A DNA stretch of 63,926 nt, filler included, from Octopus bimaculoides (Eukaryota), in NCBI RefSeq assembly GCF_001194135.2. It is 4 parts of 3 records of this genome, joined end to end, with 100 filler letters (N's around TTAATTAATTAA, not from the genome) between each part and the next. Parts side by side here need not be neighbours in the genome. Positions count along the whole stretch, not along the records: positions 14,315 to 41,920 come from NC_068990.1; positions 42,021 to 62,822 come from NC_068990.1; 2 more parts are not named here. One strand, given 5' to 3'. The first letter of the stretch is position 1. Every line of letters starts with the position of its first letter. The position numbers and the translations under genes were made by a program. Below the pieces are notes generated by a model. That model searched no databases. It had not been told where the DNA came from and was given only the letters and a program-made list of their open reading frames with translations. Shown here one piece after another: positions 37,273-51,530 of this stretch.

Positions 37273-39619
37273 GATCTGCATTCAACTACCACCATTATAA
37301 CACCTTAGTCCACTTTGGCAGCCGTAAAAGACAAACGAATACTAGTCGAAAGCTGTAATTTACAATGTGACATATAGCGACATGTATGATTATACCTGTA
37401 CAAGTTCCGTTTCCTGCAATAAACAGAAGTGGGTCAAGGGAAATCATTAATGGACACTCCTCGTATGCGCGCGACTAAATAAATACCTAGAACAACTGGT
37501 TAACACACGGTCCATGCTACCAAGCTATATTGTCATGCAAGTGGCATACTACAGTATAAAAGCCTTTCTAAATTCTTGTCTTTTGTACAGATTTACTAGA
37601 TGCGAGCCAATAGCTGTGTTTACCCCAGCTTCCCGAGTCTTCTCTGTCTCCTCATTCTTTAAGTGGCTAACGTTCTCTTTGTTTTCACGCTGTTTGCATA
37701 ATTTTAGATGTTTCTGCATTCTTAACTAATGACTAGCTTCTGGAGATTCATCTTTTCTTTTGATATTTCTTCAAATATTAGATTAATTAATTTGTTCGTT
37801 TTGATATTGTCATTGTTCACGACTGCTTTCAGTATTTCTGCAGTTGCTTAAATAGTGTCATTTCATTTCCCCACTATTTCATTGTTCAGTTCTGTTATGC
37901 AGATGTTATTAGTTAGTAGGTGGTCCTTTTCATTCTTTAACAATAGTCGCTTTTAAAATTGTCTTTATAATGCTACTTCTTAGTTTTAACTCTTTATGTT
38001 TGCTCTACAACAGAATTACAGCAGAATTATTTTTGCATGATGTTATGTGGTAACTGCATTAGACCTGAACTGGCATAAACACTCAATTAAGGCTAGAAGC
38101 ATAACCTCATTTAGATCATAGGTAAAGCTAATATTTAAAATTTCATATATTATCACCGATAAATGTTCAAGACAAAAGAAATGGGGATTATCCACATACA
38201 AGTACAGCAGTCATATATAAACATCATTGCAGAAAGTTGTTTGTTATAACTACATTCCGCCATAGAAATTATAAAAAAACAAAAACACATTCAAATGAAA
38301 GTACTTTATAAGATAACATGAATTTAGCAGAAGTATGTTGTTCTACGGCTTAATCAGAAGGCAAAGAACATAACCCTAACCCTTCCAGGACTTTCAAAGA
38401 CATTCAGTAGAGTAAAACCGACATAACATAAGCTACTGAACAAGGAAAAATAAAAATACCAGTACATTAAATTATTCTAGAGTAGAATCCTGATTCAAAT
38501 GATTACAATAGTAAAAAAATATGGCGTTGTTTTTAAAGAAGAAGCTAAATTAAAACTATCAGCACCGCCACCGACACTCAAGAACAGGTACACTATATAC
38601 CGAGGTCTTTCGTAGTTTCTGTGTGCTTCATTTTACTCACAATACTTAGGTTCATTCAAAGCTATAGTAGAGGTCACGTGTCAAATGTGTTACACTGTCA
38701 AATCGAACCAAGATCCAAGTGACTGCCGTGTGAATTTAACCAATCAACTTATGCCAATATGCGTGTTCGTGTGTTTTGTGATAATGTGAAAGCCTAATGT
38801 TTCGGACAAGAGTAATATCGAAGAAAATAACATGCTCTCGGTCAACTCGAACCAATGATCCAATTCTTATAAATGAAACACACGATGTTTGTAGACATTC
38901 GTCAACAAACAGTATGTGTAGCAATTGAAACAATACTTGCATTGGTAAAAGACAACGTTGCACAAAATGATAATGTAGCAAGAACTAAGAAATATTATAG
39001 CATTTTCCTTCATTTTGCTTTCTAGTGATATAGTATAACAGTCAACAGCAAATGAGAACACACAAATTCTAAACACTATCGCACGAGTTAATCATCAATA
39101 CTGTATCCTTCAGGCTTCCATCACTGAGTGTCGGAGTAAATACTCTAGCTGGGATTTCTGTTGTTGCTGGGTAAAAATATGAAATAATAAATCCCCCAAA
39201 ACATTATCTGTTTGTGGAGATTTCTCAACAACTGTAGAATCTTTATTAAAAGACATAATACTCTTCTAAATCAACGATGAATTAGTTGAAACACTAGCTA
39301 CTGGATTCAAATCAGGACGTGACACCAAGCTACGAAAATAGAGTGACTTGAATTAGTTTCCGAGAGCTCAATTTTACCGTTGCGAGCGTAATTATTTTTA
39401 GGTCAGTGAAATCATGTTCAGAATACAAGACCTGAATTTATTAACCATGTTAGGAGAATGGTAATCTGGAAGAACTTTCTAGGAAATCTGAAAAATCGCT
39501 CACTTGGAGTTTAATTGGTGGCTTTGCAAAGCAATGGTAGATTTCAAATAGTAGAGATTCCCATTTACTTTCAGAATAAACAAATAAAGGAACATATATG
39601 TAAGTATTTATGTGTATTA

Positions 39620-39818
39620 TGTTGTGTCTGGGGAGAGTCATTCTCTTTTAGTGCCGTATAATTTAACACACTCACCGGTAAATGAGTCAAAACTATTGAA
39701 AATGTTGCAAGATGCAACGAAAATCTAAAAAATTAAGAAGGAAATGAGTGGAAATTTTACCGGTGAGTGTGTTAAATTATAAGGCAGTAAAAGAGAATGA
39801 CTCTCCCCAGACACAACA
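39620..39818. repeat. 63-bp inverted repeat with 73-bp spacer
   Basis: 39620-39682 versus the reverse complement of 39756-39818: 61/63 identical by manual comparison. Confidence 0.95.
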
Positions 39819-40965
39819 GAATATGCTTCAACACACGAACTCACATAAAGAATCTTGCAAACCAAATCCCAAAACGAAATATTTATGCATAATAATACAT
39901 ACAAACGTTCAACCATTATCTAAAATAGCACTCGGTATAATTAAGAAGCGAATAACATTTTACAGATCGAATACGTCACACACACACACACACNNNNNNN
40001 NNNGGAGAAAGGAAAGAAACATATCAAGCATGAAAGCAGTAAATTATTCTACTCTATGTAACTACTATAGCCAAATCTCATATCTTTCCTCCCGACATTA
40101 TGGTTATTTCTAAAAGCTTAATTCCATTGAGCTAAGTTCTTTACTGAAGAAAACAGTGAAACAAAAGTAATCCAGAACTTTCTGAAATTTCTTTTAAAAC
40201 GAGTTTCTCATAATATGCATACATTTGGATACTACGAAATACAATTCAATACTTCCCTATTCAAATATATTTGGAATTTAATTAATATTATTATCAGTTA
40301 TAAAATCGATTGAGTTTTTGTAGAACATGCGTCCCTCTATCTGAAAAGTTCCTCAAGTATTGTTATAAGTAAAATAGGATTACGTTATGCATGCAGCTAT
40401 TTCTAAATCTATAGATACAAATTTAAAGGTAAAATCTCAAGAGAGACATTGTATATTTTGAACTCCACAAACCCCATAAAAAAACAAGAACCAAAAATTT
40501 GTCGATACTCACCCGATTCTGTCAAACAAATTCCCCAATACGAAAGGGAAAATATTTCGAGGATGAGATATATAGTTACCTATAGCCACCAGAGTACTTA
40601 ACTAGTACTTTTTTGATAGACAGTGAAATAATTTAAGCCAAAAACTATTTAAAACCAGAATGCAAGGGAACATGGTCCAATGTCATTTGACATTTATTTC
40701 GAAGATCTGCGGTTTTGCTAATTCATTGGCATTTCATGCTGTAATACTTATCCTGAACACAAGTAAGAGACTAAAAACTAAGAAGGAGTTAGTGTATCAA
40801 ACTAATACAGAGTAAGGCTATTAACTTGTATCGCCTTCGGAAGGATAACAGTCTAAGCTACCCTCCGCGGGTTTTCAAATCCCAACAAGAAGATCCGAAA
40901 CAAATACACTAGGCATTTGATCCAATGCTCCAACGATTCTGCATATTTATCACTCGAACTGAATA

Positions 40966-40967
40966 AT

Positions 40968-41032
<65 letters not shown>

Positions 41033-41070
41033 TAATAATAATAATGATAACAACAACAACAACAACAATA
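40966..41070. repeat. (AAT)n-(AAC)n microsatellite
   Basis: Directly visible. Confidence 0.95.
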
Positions 41071-41207
41071 AGAATGACATACCGTGGTAGAATATTTACG
41101 GAATTTAATTTTCACGAAGTGAATAGTGCTTAATTGTACATTTGCAATAATATTTTTTAATATATACATGCTTATGTACCTGCCTTCTTACACATACGCA
41201 CACACAC

Positions 41208-41265
<58 letters not shown>

Positions 41266-41400
41266 AAATATATATAACTATGTATATTTATATACTTATG
41301 TTTAGTACACACATAATAAGTATATGCATGTATATATATGTAAACTTACATTCATGTAGAAAAATCTACATATACAAATAGATATCTATATGTACACACA

Positions 41401-41434
<34 letters not shown>

Positions 41435-41798
41435 TTCCAATGCATACATGCATTCATTATTTCGAAAGCTATGGAAATACTGTACATCATTAGTTGCACT
41501 GGATTTTGAACAAGAAACCCACAAAAAAGAGTTTATAAATGTGAAAGATTCAACGAATGCATACGAATAGATGAATATACAAAAATATATAAAGAACATT
41601 CCCCTTCCCCGACATTTATCTTTACGAATATACATGCATACATACATACATACATACATGCTTACATATATATACATGCATATATACGTCTATATGTATA
41701 TATATATATCTACACACACATATACTCATATAAATCCATAGATACATACATGCATATATTTATACATACATATATATACACGCACGCACACACACATT

Positions 41799-41841
<43 letters not shown>

Positions 41842-42045
41842 ATTTAAAAGAGTTCCAACTCTGTCTGTTTTTTATGTTTTGTTTATATTCATGTAAAATT
41901 AATGCACAAAACATAACATANNNNNNNNNNNNNNNNNNNNNNNNNNNNNNNNNNNNNNNNNNNNTTAATTAATTAANNNNNNNNNNNNNNNNNNNNNNNN
42001 NNNNNNNNNNNNNNNNNNNNATTTAATTTATGAACCCCAAAGAGA

Positions 42046-43073
42046 TAGGCACAAGGCCAACAATGCTGAGAGGCGGGAGATGGGGGGGGGGGGCTAGTAG
42101 AAAGCATCAACTCCAGTACTTGACGGGTACTTATTGATCAGGAAAAGAAGAAAGGCAAAAGTTAGCCTTGATAGGATTTGAACTCCAGATGTAAGTAGCT
42201 GGAACAAATGCTAATGGCAGAGAGACTTTTTTGTTTTCCAACACCCTAATGATTCTAATTAATAATAATAATAACAATAATAATAATAATAATAATAAAA
42301 CATGAAGAAGAGCGCAACTGTCATTGGTAATAAATAGAGATTGACTCTTTATTAAAATGAAAATGAAATGAATGAACAATATTTTGACACTCAACGTCAT
42401 CCTTTCCACTACAGGCACAAGGCCTGAAATTTGAAGGAAGGGAAGAAATCAATTTCATCGACCCCAGTGCATAACTGGTACTTATTTCATTGACCGTGAA
42501 AGGATGAAAGGCAAAGTCGACTTTGATGGAATTTAATCTCAGGATGTAAGGATGGATGAAACGCCGCTAAACATATCACCCAGCATGCTAATGATTCTGT
42601 CAGCTTGCTGCCTTAATAATAATAATCCTTTCTACTATAGGCACAAGGCCTGAAATTTGGGGGAAGGGGATTGCCGGTTACATTAACCCCAGTACTTGAC
42701 TGGTACTTACTTTATCAACCCCAAAAGGATAAAATGCAAAAGTCGAGCTTGGCAGAATTTGAACTCAGAACGTAGCAACAGACGAAACGCCGCTAAGCAT
42801 TTTACCTGGCATGCCAATGAATTCTGCCAGCCCGCCGCCTCAATAATAATAATAGTAATAATGGTTTCGAATTTTGTCATAAGGCCAGCCATTTTGGGAA
42901 AGGGAATGATCCGATTACATCGACCCCAATGTTTCGCTGGTACTTAATTTATCAACCCCGAAAGGATGAAAGGCAAAGTTGACCTCAGCGGAATTTGAAC
43001 TCAGAACGTAGCGACAGATGAAATGCTGCTAAGCATTTCGCCTGGCATGCTAACGATTCCGTCAGCTCACCGC

Positions 43074-43116
<43 letters not shown>
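42046..43116 (-). mobile_element. Head-to-tail array of four SINE-A copies separated by (AAT)n
   Basis: Copies at about 42046-42260, 42400-42615, 42626-42841 and 42862-43075. Confidence 0.92.
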
Positions 43117-43420
43117 GTGTAACAACAACCATAAAAGCCTTTTAAACAACGGTGCATGCACATGAAAACATGTTTACAAAAGTGAATTAAAGTCAGTGCA
43201 ATATAACACAGGTGCACATGTACTGTGTACCTATATGCACACACATTCACACGTATACAGATGCACTCATGTGGACACATGCAATAGAGTATATCTGCTT
43301 CCACTTTAATACACTACGGAGTATTTCCAAGGAGGAAAATATAGCAGCAGCAGCAGCAGCAGCGGTGGTGGTGGTGGTGGTGGCAGTGGTTCCTGTTTGT
43401 GTGTCTAATTGTAACCGTAC

Positions 43421-43455
<35 letters not shown>

Positions 43456-45014
43456 GGTGTTAGGTGAGTGTTTGTAGATGGATGTTAATGTTTGGTGTGT
43501 ATGTGTGTGTGTGTGTATATGGTTCAAGGTACATGCATACGTCACTTTGTATGATGAATGCGATTGTTTCTGTGGCTATGGGCAAATGAATAGCTGTGTG
43601 TATGTGCATCTGAGTATAATTAAAAATACGAGCATACATGTGATATTGCGTACATTAATGTGTGTGTGTCCCTGCATGTGCATGTGTGTGTGTGTGTAAG
43701 CTTTAGTGACTCTAGTTACATATATGCGTGTGTATGTGTGCGTAAGCTTTAGTGACTCTATGTGTGTGTGTGAGTTATATGTTTAGAAGTGCAAGTATGT
43801 AATGGTTGATGTGTGTAGAAATACATTAATGCAATTCACATATATACGTGTACATGTATGTATAAGTCTCCCTCTCTGTTTAATATATCAAAGCACAGAG
43901 GTGTATATGACTAAGTGCAAATGAGAGCAAGTAACTTTGATCTGTTACTTCTAACTAGTATCAATCATTGGACTGTGGTCATGCTGGAGCACCACACTGA
44001 AGGGCTTAGTCATAAACCTTACCAGCCTACTCATGACTTAGTAGCACTGTAATATAGGTACTACTACTACCACATAGCTGAAACTTCTTAAAACTTCTCT
44101 CATAAGCCGAGCCCAGAGATGAAATTCAGTTTGCTATTTGCTAAGGAAATACCTGTAAACTGTACAGTACTCCCACTACTGATTAGAGTAATGAAATATT
44201 GTTATTTTGGACTGGACCACTACAAAGATAAGGGCCAAAACTTGGCTATGAACACAGTACAACCCTAGTGAAAATATAAAAATTTTATGAATCATTGTTA
44301 GAGCCAATGCAAGCTCTGAGTCCTATCACTCTTGTACAAGGAGATAACACTCCACAATATGCAATTAAGGGTCAAATTTAATCACTACTAAGATACCTGG
44401 GTGGAAAAATCTTCACTAGATATACATGATAACCTGTCCATTTATTTAGCTTATATCTATAGATTTTGTGGCAAATAGCATTTAGAACAGTTGAATACAC
44501 TTACAGTGGAAAAAATGACAAGAGAGCAGCTATGTAACTAGGATAGAATAAAAAACCACAAGGCATTTTTGATAGAAGATGCAAAAGTAAGTTTATTAGT
44601 AGTTTCCTCAGCAGTGTCTGTATCAATATTATTCATTCATTGATTTTATTTTCTCTCTGTTTTCTAGGATAGCATTTCTTAGATGAAAGGAAACAGAGAA
44701 AGGATTTTTATGGCCAGATACATTTCCTGTTGCCAATTTTTACAGGTTCTGCAAGTAAAGGGTCTTTCTTTATTATTTTCTTTGTTTTCGTTTTTTGTTT
44801 TTTTCCAGAGGAATTTAAAAACTGACAACTAGCAGACAATTTGTTGGTTGAAAAACGTCAATACGTATCACCAGTTGCAGCCTGATTAGAACTAGCGACA
44901 CCACAATCTGTAGCTATAGCTCAGCATAATTTTGTAAAAATTCTCATAGATATAGACACACACATACAAATATACATGTGCGTGTACGTGTGCGTGCATG
45001 TGTGTGTGTGTGTT

Positions 45015-45150
45015 TACTGCAGGCTTCTTTCAGTTTGAGTCTATCAAATTCCCTCACAAGGATTTGGCAGGCCTTAGGCTATATCTTTTACCTATTTTTT
45101 AACTTGTTTCGGTCATTAGACAGTGGCCATGCTGGAGCACCACTTTGACC
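45015..45150 (-). mobile_element. SINE-B fragments
   Basis: ggcttctttcagttt..ctcacaagg and gtggccatgctggagcaccac segments. Confidence 0.7.
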
Positions 45151-45264
45151 TGGGTTACCTATAATAGAAGGTTTTCGCACAGTTTACAGCAATAAAATTT
45201 TAAGTGTCACTCACAAGGTATGGGGCAACTTATACCTAGGGTAGCATACAGTTGGACAGAATCA

Positions 45265-45650
45265 AGAAACATGGCTACAGGGTAAACCAACACGACTAAC
45301 ACAACTAAACCAACAATCCACACTCATCCACACAGCAAGCCACCACTCACACTCACTCATACATCCATACCCCATACCGACTAGCAACACCCATGCAACC
45401 AAACCAACGACCCACACTCGGCTACACAATCAAGCTGAAACCCACATTCATCCATACATCCACAACTACTCCTCATACTCACCCACACGGCAAACCACAG
45501 TTTGCACTCATCCATACCCCCTACCCACGAGCAACACCCATGCAACAGAGCCATGACCCACACTCACCTACACAACCCAGCCACTGACCATACTCAACCA
45601 TAAAGTCATCTCATTATCCACACTCGCTTACACAATCAAGCCACTTCCTA
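45265..45650. repeat. Degenerate C/A-rich minisatellite (period about 147 bp)
   Basis: gcaacacccatgcaac at 45384 and 45531; ccacactc..tacacaa..agc occurs three times. Confidence 0.7.
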
Positions 45651-45655
45651 CATGT

Positions 45656-46013
45656 GTTGAAGGCACATAGCTCAGTGGTTAGAGCATTGGGCTTACAACC
45701 ATGAGGCTGTGAGTTCAATTCCCAGACTGGGCTGTGTGTTGTGTTCCTGAGCAAGACACTTTATTTCACGTTGCTCCAGTTCACTCAGCTGTAGAAATGA
45801 GTTATGACATGACTGCTTCCAAGCTGCATCGGCCCCTTTGCCTTTCCCTTGGATAACATTGGTGGCATGGAGAAGGGTGGATGGTATGCATGGGTGACTG
45901 CTGGTCTCCCATAAATAACCTTGCCCAGACTTGTGCCTTGTTGTGGGGGGGGGGGGATTTTCTAGGTGCAATCCCATGGGCATTCATGACCGAAGGGGGG
46001 TCTTTACCCTTTT
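45656..46013 (+). mobile_element. SINE-C2, full length, with 7-bp TSD
   Basis: Same head and CORE-like segment as C1 but a different tail; TACATGT at 45649-45655 and 46014-46020. Confidence 0.92.
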
Positions 46014-46959
46014 TACATGTACCCATACAAGCAAGGCATCATCCACACACATCCATACAATCCAACCAGCCGACCAAACTCATACAGCCAAACCACTCCC
46101 TAATCTCTCTGGCACATTCTCTACTAACTTCTGAAACTTTCGGTAAGAAGGGAAGTTGATGTGGAGAACGTCACCGATGAGGATGGGAGTAGCACTGATG
46201 ACTGAACAGGTGTTCTGTTACCTTGGTAACAGAGGGATAGTTTGCGGTTGAGTTAGAGTGTGAGTAGGAGGATAGGATTTTCTGCAAGCTGGGAGAAATG
46301 GAAGAGTAGATGCTTGATTTGAACAGATAATATGAAAAATAGCTTTGAAGAAGTGACACAACGATAAACAACAACAACAACAACAACAACAAAATAGCAG
46401 GATAAAAAGCAAAAAGCAACAACAAACACAACAACACCATCACAACAACCATAGCAACCACAAACAACAATGCCACAACAATGAGAACTATAACAATAAT
46501 GAAAAACTAGAACTCCGCTACAACACCAATACCCTTACAGCAACAACGACAACAACAGCAACAACAACAACAGCAACAACAACAACAGCAACAACAACAA
46601 CAACACTACAAAGACTATTGTGCGTTTCTGATTGAGAACTAAAGGTTGAAGAAGGAAATAAAAGCTAAAATCCTCTCCCCAACCTGTGAAGAGATGTAGA
46701 GGTTCAAAGCAGCATTGATGACAAAATAAATGTGTATGCGTACGAGTATGTGTGTGCATGTGTGTACATGTGTTTGTATGTGTGTGTGTGCGTGTGTGTG
46801 CGTATATTCATGCGCGTGAATGTACAATGTTGGCTTGTGCAGTGGCAGGGTGCATGGGTAAATTGTTGAAAGCATATAAAAGTAATTTGTAGGAGAAGCC
46901 GTTATCAGGGTGCATGAGGTACAATTATATTCCTCAACGCTATCAACTTCATGTCGATT

Positions 46960-47187
46960 CTCTCTCAATTAAACATACACATGTATATCACACATATGGG
47001 CGCATACAATAAAAAAAAAACACACACACACGTGCATACGTATGTGTGTACATGTGTTTGTGCGTGTTATGTATGCACACAATGCACATGAGAAGGGAGA
47101 GAGAGGGGGAGGAGATACATAAACACACTAATATATGTATACACACAAACATCTGATCATAATTATAAATGTATATATACATGTCTG

Positions 47188-47281
<94 letters not shown>

Positions 47282-47298
47282 CATAGATACACATACGC

Positions 47299-47331
<33 letters not shown>

Positions 47332-47453
47332 TATACATATATATACGCACACACACACATATATACACATATAAATATATATACACACATCCATATATAT
47401 AATACAGATATATATATATAGAGAGAGAGATAGATCTATATACATATATATAC

Positions 47454-47510
<57 letters not shown>
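46960..47510. repeat. Long TA/CA/GA compound microsatellite region
   Basis: Directly visible. Confidence 0.95.
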
Positions 47511-47515
<5 letters not shown>

Positions 47516-47897
47516 TCAGATATGTATACAAATGCACAAAATATATGAAACACACCTACATGAATACCTGTACATATACATAGATTTCCATATGCATCTA
47601 CATACAAACAAGAACTCAACCCTCCCCGTCACACAGTGCCAACTCCTCATCTGCCAAAGCAAACACAAGCCCCCCACCCTTAATTCGCTCTTGATTCATG
47701 CCACCCACCCCCACCATCCATGCATTCTCAAACCCTCAATTCCATTAATTCCAAAAGAAAAACACAGAGCAAGAGAGGGGGGGAGAAAGAGAGGAGAGAG
47801 GGTGAGATAAGATCCACAAGCTGAAAACCAAAGCAATGATGGATGGGTGGATGATGTATAATCTGTGCATAAAAATAGATGTATTGGTGCATGCACA

Positions 47898-47940
<43 letters not shown>

Positions 47941-48338
47941 CAGACATACAGACAGACAGATAGACAGACAGAGAAAGAGAAAGAGAGAGAGAGTGTGCGT
48001 GTGTTTTTCAACAAGGGAAGGTGTTCTCCAATGATGGAAAGCAATAATGACCTGATATTCACGTTCAAATCTGCCAGAACACATCGAGAATGAAGAGATA
48101 TGCTATTGTTTAGATTCTTGCTGTTTTGTGTGCACCCCATGAATTGTTATCTGTTTGTACGCATCACCAAATGATTTGTTTGCAGATTTCTATAAACAAG
48201 GGTTTGCGCTCTTGTCAGGTTCCTCAGTTCAGTGGAATAGCTTGACTGAAGAGAATGCAATGAAGTCACAACACCATGATGTCTCAGAGTCCCTCACACT
48301 GGTAAACTGCATGTATTATGAACATACATTGTTGAGAG

Positions 48339-48638
48339 TAGTGGTTCTTAAATGGGGCTCATATGACTTTTAAGGGTCCATATATGATTTTGTCGTTAAG
48401 GTTTATGTGCAATAAATTGGTTATACTTGTACGATACTCTTTTACTTGTTTCAGTCATTTGACTGCGGCCATGCTGGAGCACCGCTTTTAGTCGAGCAAA
48501 TCGACCCCAGGACTTATTCTTTGTAAGCCTAGTACTTAATCTATTGGTCTCTTTTTGCCGAACCACTAAGTTATGGGGACATAAACACACCAGCACCGGT
48601 TGTCAAGCGATGGTGGGGGGAACAATCACAGACACACC

Positions 48639-48685
<47 letters not shown>

Positions 48686-49270
48686 CACACACATATATAC
48701 GACGGGCTTCTTTCAGTTTCCGTCTACCAAATCCACTCACAAGTCTTTGGTCGGCCCAAGGCTATAGTAGAAGACACTTGCCCAAGGTGCCACGCAGCGG
48801 GACTGAACCCAGAACCATGTGGTTGGTATGCAAGCTACTCACCACACAGCCACTCCTGCGCCTATAATATACAAAATATTTTTAACAATTTCTTTTTTTT
48901 CTCTCCACAAACTACCTTGTTAAGAAACACTCTATTAGAGACAAAAGCAGTAATTATACTGAGAAGTAATGCTTATCACCACCTAAATGTGGTTGTTCTC
49001 TAAGAACAGACAAGACTGCTATTTTAACCCCAGGAAGACGCCTCCTCCAGCTGGTTGTTCAGTGTGCTTTGCACTTGCTATATATCACCAGCAAGTAGAG
49101 AACTCCCTAATATTCTAGCTCAGAGACTGTGTACAATGCCTAATAATATTTAATTTTTATATAATTCCAAATAAAATTCAATTATAAAAATGCAATAGTT
49201 ATGAGGGTTCAGTAGAATAGAATAGGAATCAAAAGGGGTCATAGTTTAAAAAAATGGTTGAAAACCCTTG
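48339..49270 (+). mobile_element. Possible old hAT-type MITE split by later insertions
   Basis: tagtggttcttaaa start and ggttgaaaacccttg end with GGGTCC motifs; TIR match weak, TSD only 5/8. Confidence 0.35.
48436..48862 (-). mobile_element. SINE-B, full length, with internal (TA)n
   Basis: Reverse complement begins ggcgcaggagtggctgtgtggt and is collinear with 30842-31258. Confidence 0.95.
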
Positions 49271-49424
49271 GTCTAAAGGGTGGAAGTGTTTTCCGATGAT
49301 GAAAAACAACAGTAATCAGATAATGACACTCAAATCTAACAGGGTATTAAGAGCGATTATGTTAGATAAGTTATTTTTACTATGCCTTTTTTTTATATCT
49401 GTAAAGGTTACTTCATTCATTTTT

Positions 49425-50140
49425 TCATTTGGTAATTAGGAGCAACACACTTCAGGTACTCAATAGATTCCATATCTTCAAATTTACTGTTGCATATATT
49501 CTTGTCTGCATCTTTATACTTTACGGGTTTTTCCAGGGTAGTTCATATCGAGCTAAGAAGTATTCATTAATACATATCTCTCCCTTTCATTATTCTATGT
49601 GAACCCTCTATTGATTTCCATATTGTTAGACATTGTTGCATACTAAGTTCATATTGTAATTAGTGATTGTCCGTGAGGTTTTCCCTGTTTAAAGTTTAAA
49701 ATATGGTAACGATACCATATTTTGGGGACAAACAGAAGGGTTCCACTTTCTCTTCCTCATCTGTTTTGACAACCAGCATATGTCTCTTCAAACCAACTGA
49801 ATAAAGTTTGAAGTTCTTGAGGCAGCTCAGTGGCAAAGTGCATCCAGATATTTGTCAACATTGCACAAATGCACAAGTAACAACCTTCTTTGCTGTCATT
49901 GCAATATCTGGATCAGCATTATGTAGATAAGTGAAACCCAGTCTAACAACATAATTTTGCAGATTGTGTGCCAAATGAAAGCAACAACCTTAGCACAGAG
50001 GTGCAGTTTTTTTAATGTCACACACAACAGAAGGAGGTTTCAAATTGGGTTCACTTTCAACAACTCAAACAATCTCATGTATGAGGTACATTGTTTATTC
50101 GGCAAAAATGCATACTCTATAGGGTGAACAGAAAATATTA
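49425..50140 (-). mobile_element. Mutator-like (MULE) transposase fossil, C-terminal half
   Basis: Collinear motifs across frameshifts: HPIEYAFLPNKQCTSYMRLFELL, LKPPSVVCD, GCCFHLAHN, LPQELQTLFSWFEETYAG, LFVPKIW, TIWKSIE, KYKDADKNI..IEYLKCVAPNY. Confidence 0.85.
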
Positions 50141-50289
50141 AGGATATTTTTGGAACCCCTCTGTTTCAATCCTCATTGCCATTACCCTTATCAGAAACAT
50201 TAAATGGTGTAGATTAGTAGCCTACATGATATAATGTAGTGTAGTAGACTATATGGTACAGAATATTTGGCTATATGGTAGGTGGCAGT

Positions 50290-50620
50290 GAGGGTGCATG
50301 GCTCAGTGGCTACTGCTAAGGCTTACAACCATGGGGCAGTGAGTCTGATTCCCAGACCAGACTGTATGTTCTGTTCTTCAGCAAGGTACTTTATTCCACG
50401 TCACTCCAGTTCACTCAGCTGTAGAAATGAGTTGTGACATCACTGGTGCCAAGCTGCTTTGCCTTTCCCTTGGATAACATCAATGGCATGGAGAGGGGAG
50501 GCTGGTATGCATGGGTGACTGCTGGTCTTCTATTTACAACTTTGCCCAGACTTGTGCCTCAGAGGGGAACTTTCTAGATGCAATCCCATGGTCATTTATG
50601 ACCAAAGGGGGGCTTTACTC
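50290..50620 (+). mobile_element. SINE-C2, full length
   Basis: Collinear with 45656-46013, including the tail gcaatcccatgg..tgacc.aagggggg. Confidence 0.9.
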
Positions 50621-51495
50621 GGGTTGGTGATATCGGATTATATGGTATACATATAGTAATAATGGTCTGCGTAGTTACTTTATAAAAACAGTCATTCCTA
50701 CATTTTAACACATAATAAAATTTACAAGACATATACTTATATTGAGTGACAGTGTGTGTAGGTAGAATGGACAAACTTCACTGGAGTACAGTTTTTACTT
50801 TTGTTTTTTTACTTATGTACATTAATGTCTATGTTTGCAAACAGCTCTGTATTAGTGAGAAGTGTATGTGAAATGTTTGTATACACTTCAGTCTATATGT
50901 GAATGTTTGTACATGTGCGTCTTTCTGTCTTTGCCTCCTGGACTTCTTTCGTACATTATATTATCAATTAACAAAAACAAACTGATGTTTCCTTTCTTAC
51001 TTTGTTATATTGTTTAATATAAAATTTCTTGCGAACAAAGAGTGTAAATGTAAATCTATACATTACGATATTGTTAATGGCAGTGTGCACATATGTGTGA
51101 ATGTTTCCGAGTGAATCACAGTAATTTCATTGGCTACAAAACATTGACATGAAAACTGCTTCACTCACTGGTTTGGTTCAGTGCATGAACTGTACAATGA
51201 TGAACTACAGATAGAATTATGCATTCCATTTATATGAAATATAGATATGTATGATATATATATGAATGTGTGTTTGTATAGATGCACACACACATATATA
51301 TGTACGTATATAATTCTCATATATGTGCATCATGCATATACATCTAAATGCATGTATGCATGTGTGTGTACATGTGCGTATGAGTGTGTGCGTATACATA
51401 TATATTATATATATATATTATCATCATCATTTAACATCTGCTAGCATGGAAGGTGGATGTTAAAAGATGATGATGACAAAATATGTGTGTGTTTG

Positions 51496-51530
<35 letters not shown>

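Noticed and set aside
37510-37960. Lys/Glu/Asn-rich minus-strand frame resembling a LINE linker
   Set aside because: Multiple stops and no diagnostic motif.
40830-40965. Island ending actgaataat before (AAT)n, possible further R4/Dong 3' UTR
   Set aside because: Only a short terminal resemblance; no coding or internal homology.
46195-46300. FCYLG motif suggesting an RTE reverse transcriptase relic
   Set aside because: Single short motif with stops nearby; unsupported.
46988-47619. YI/CV/HT/NNN/LLL/HHH-rich ORFs across the window
   Set aside because: Translations of microsatellites and low-complexity DNA.
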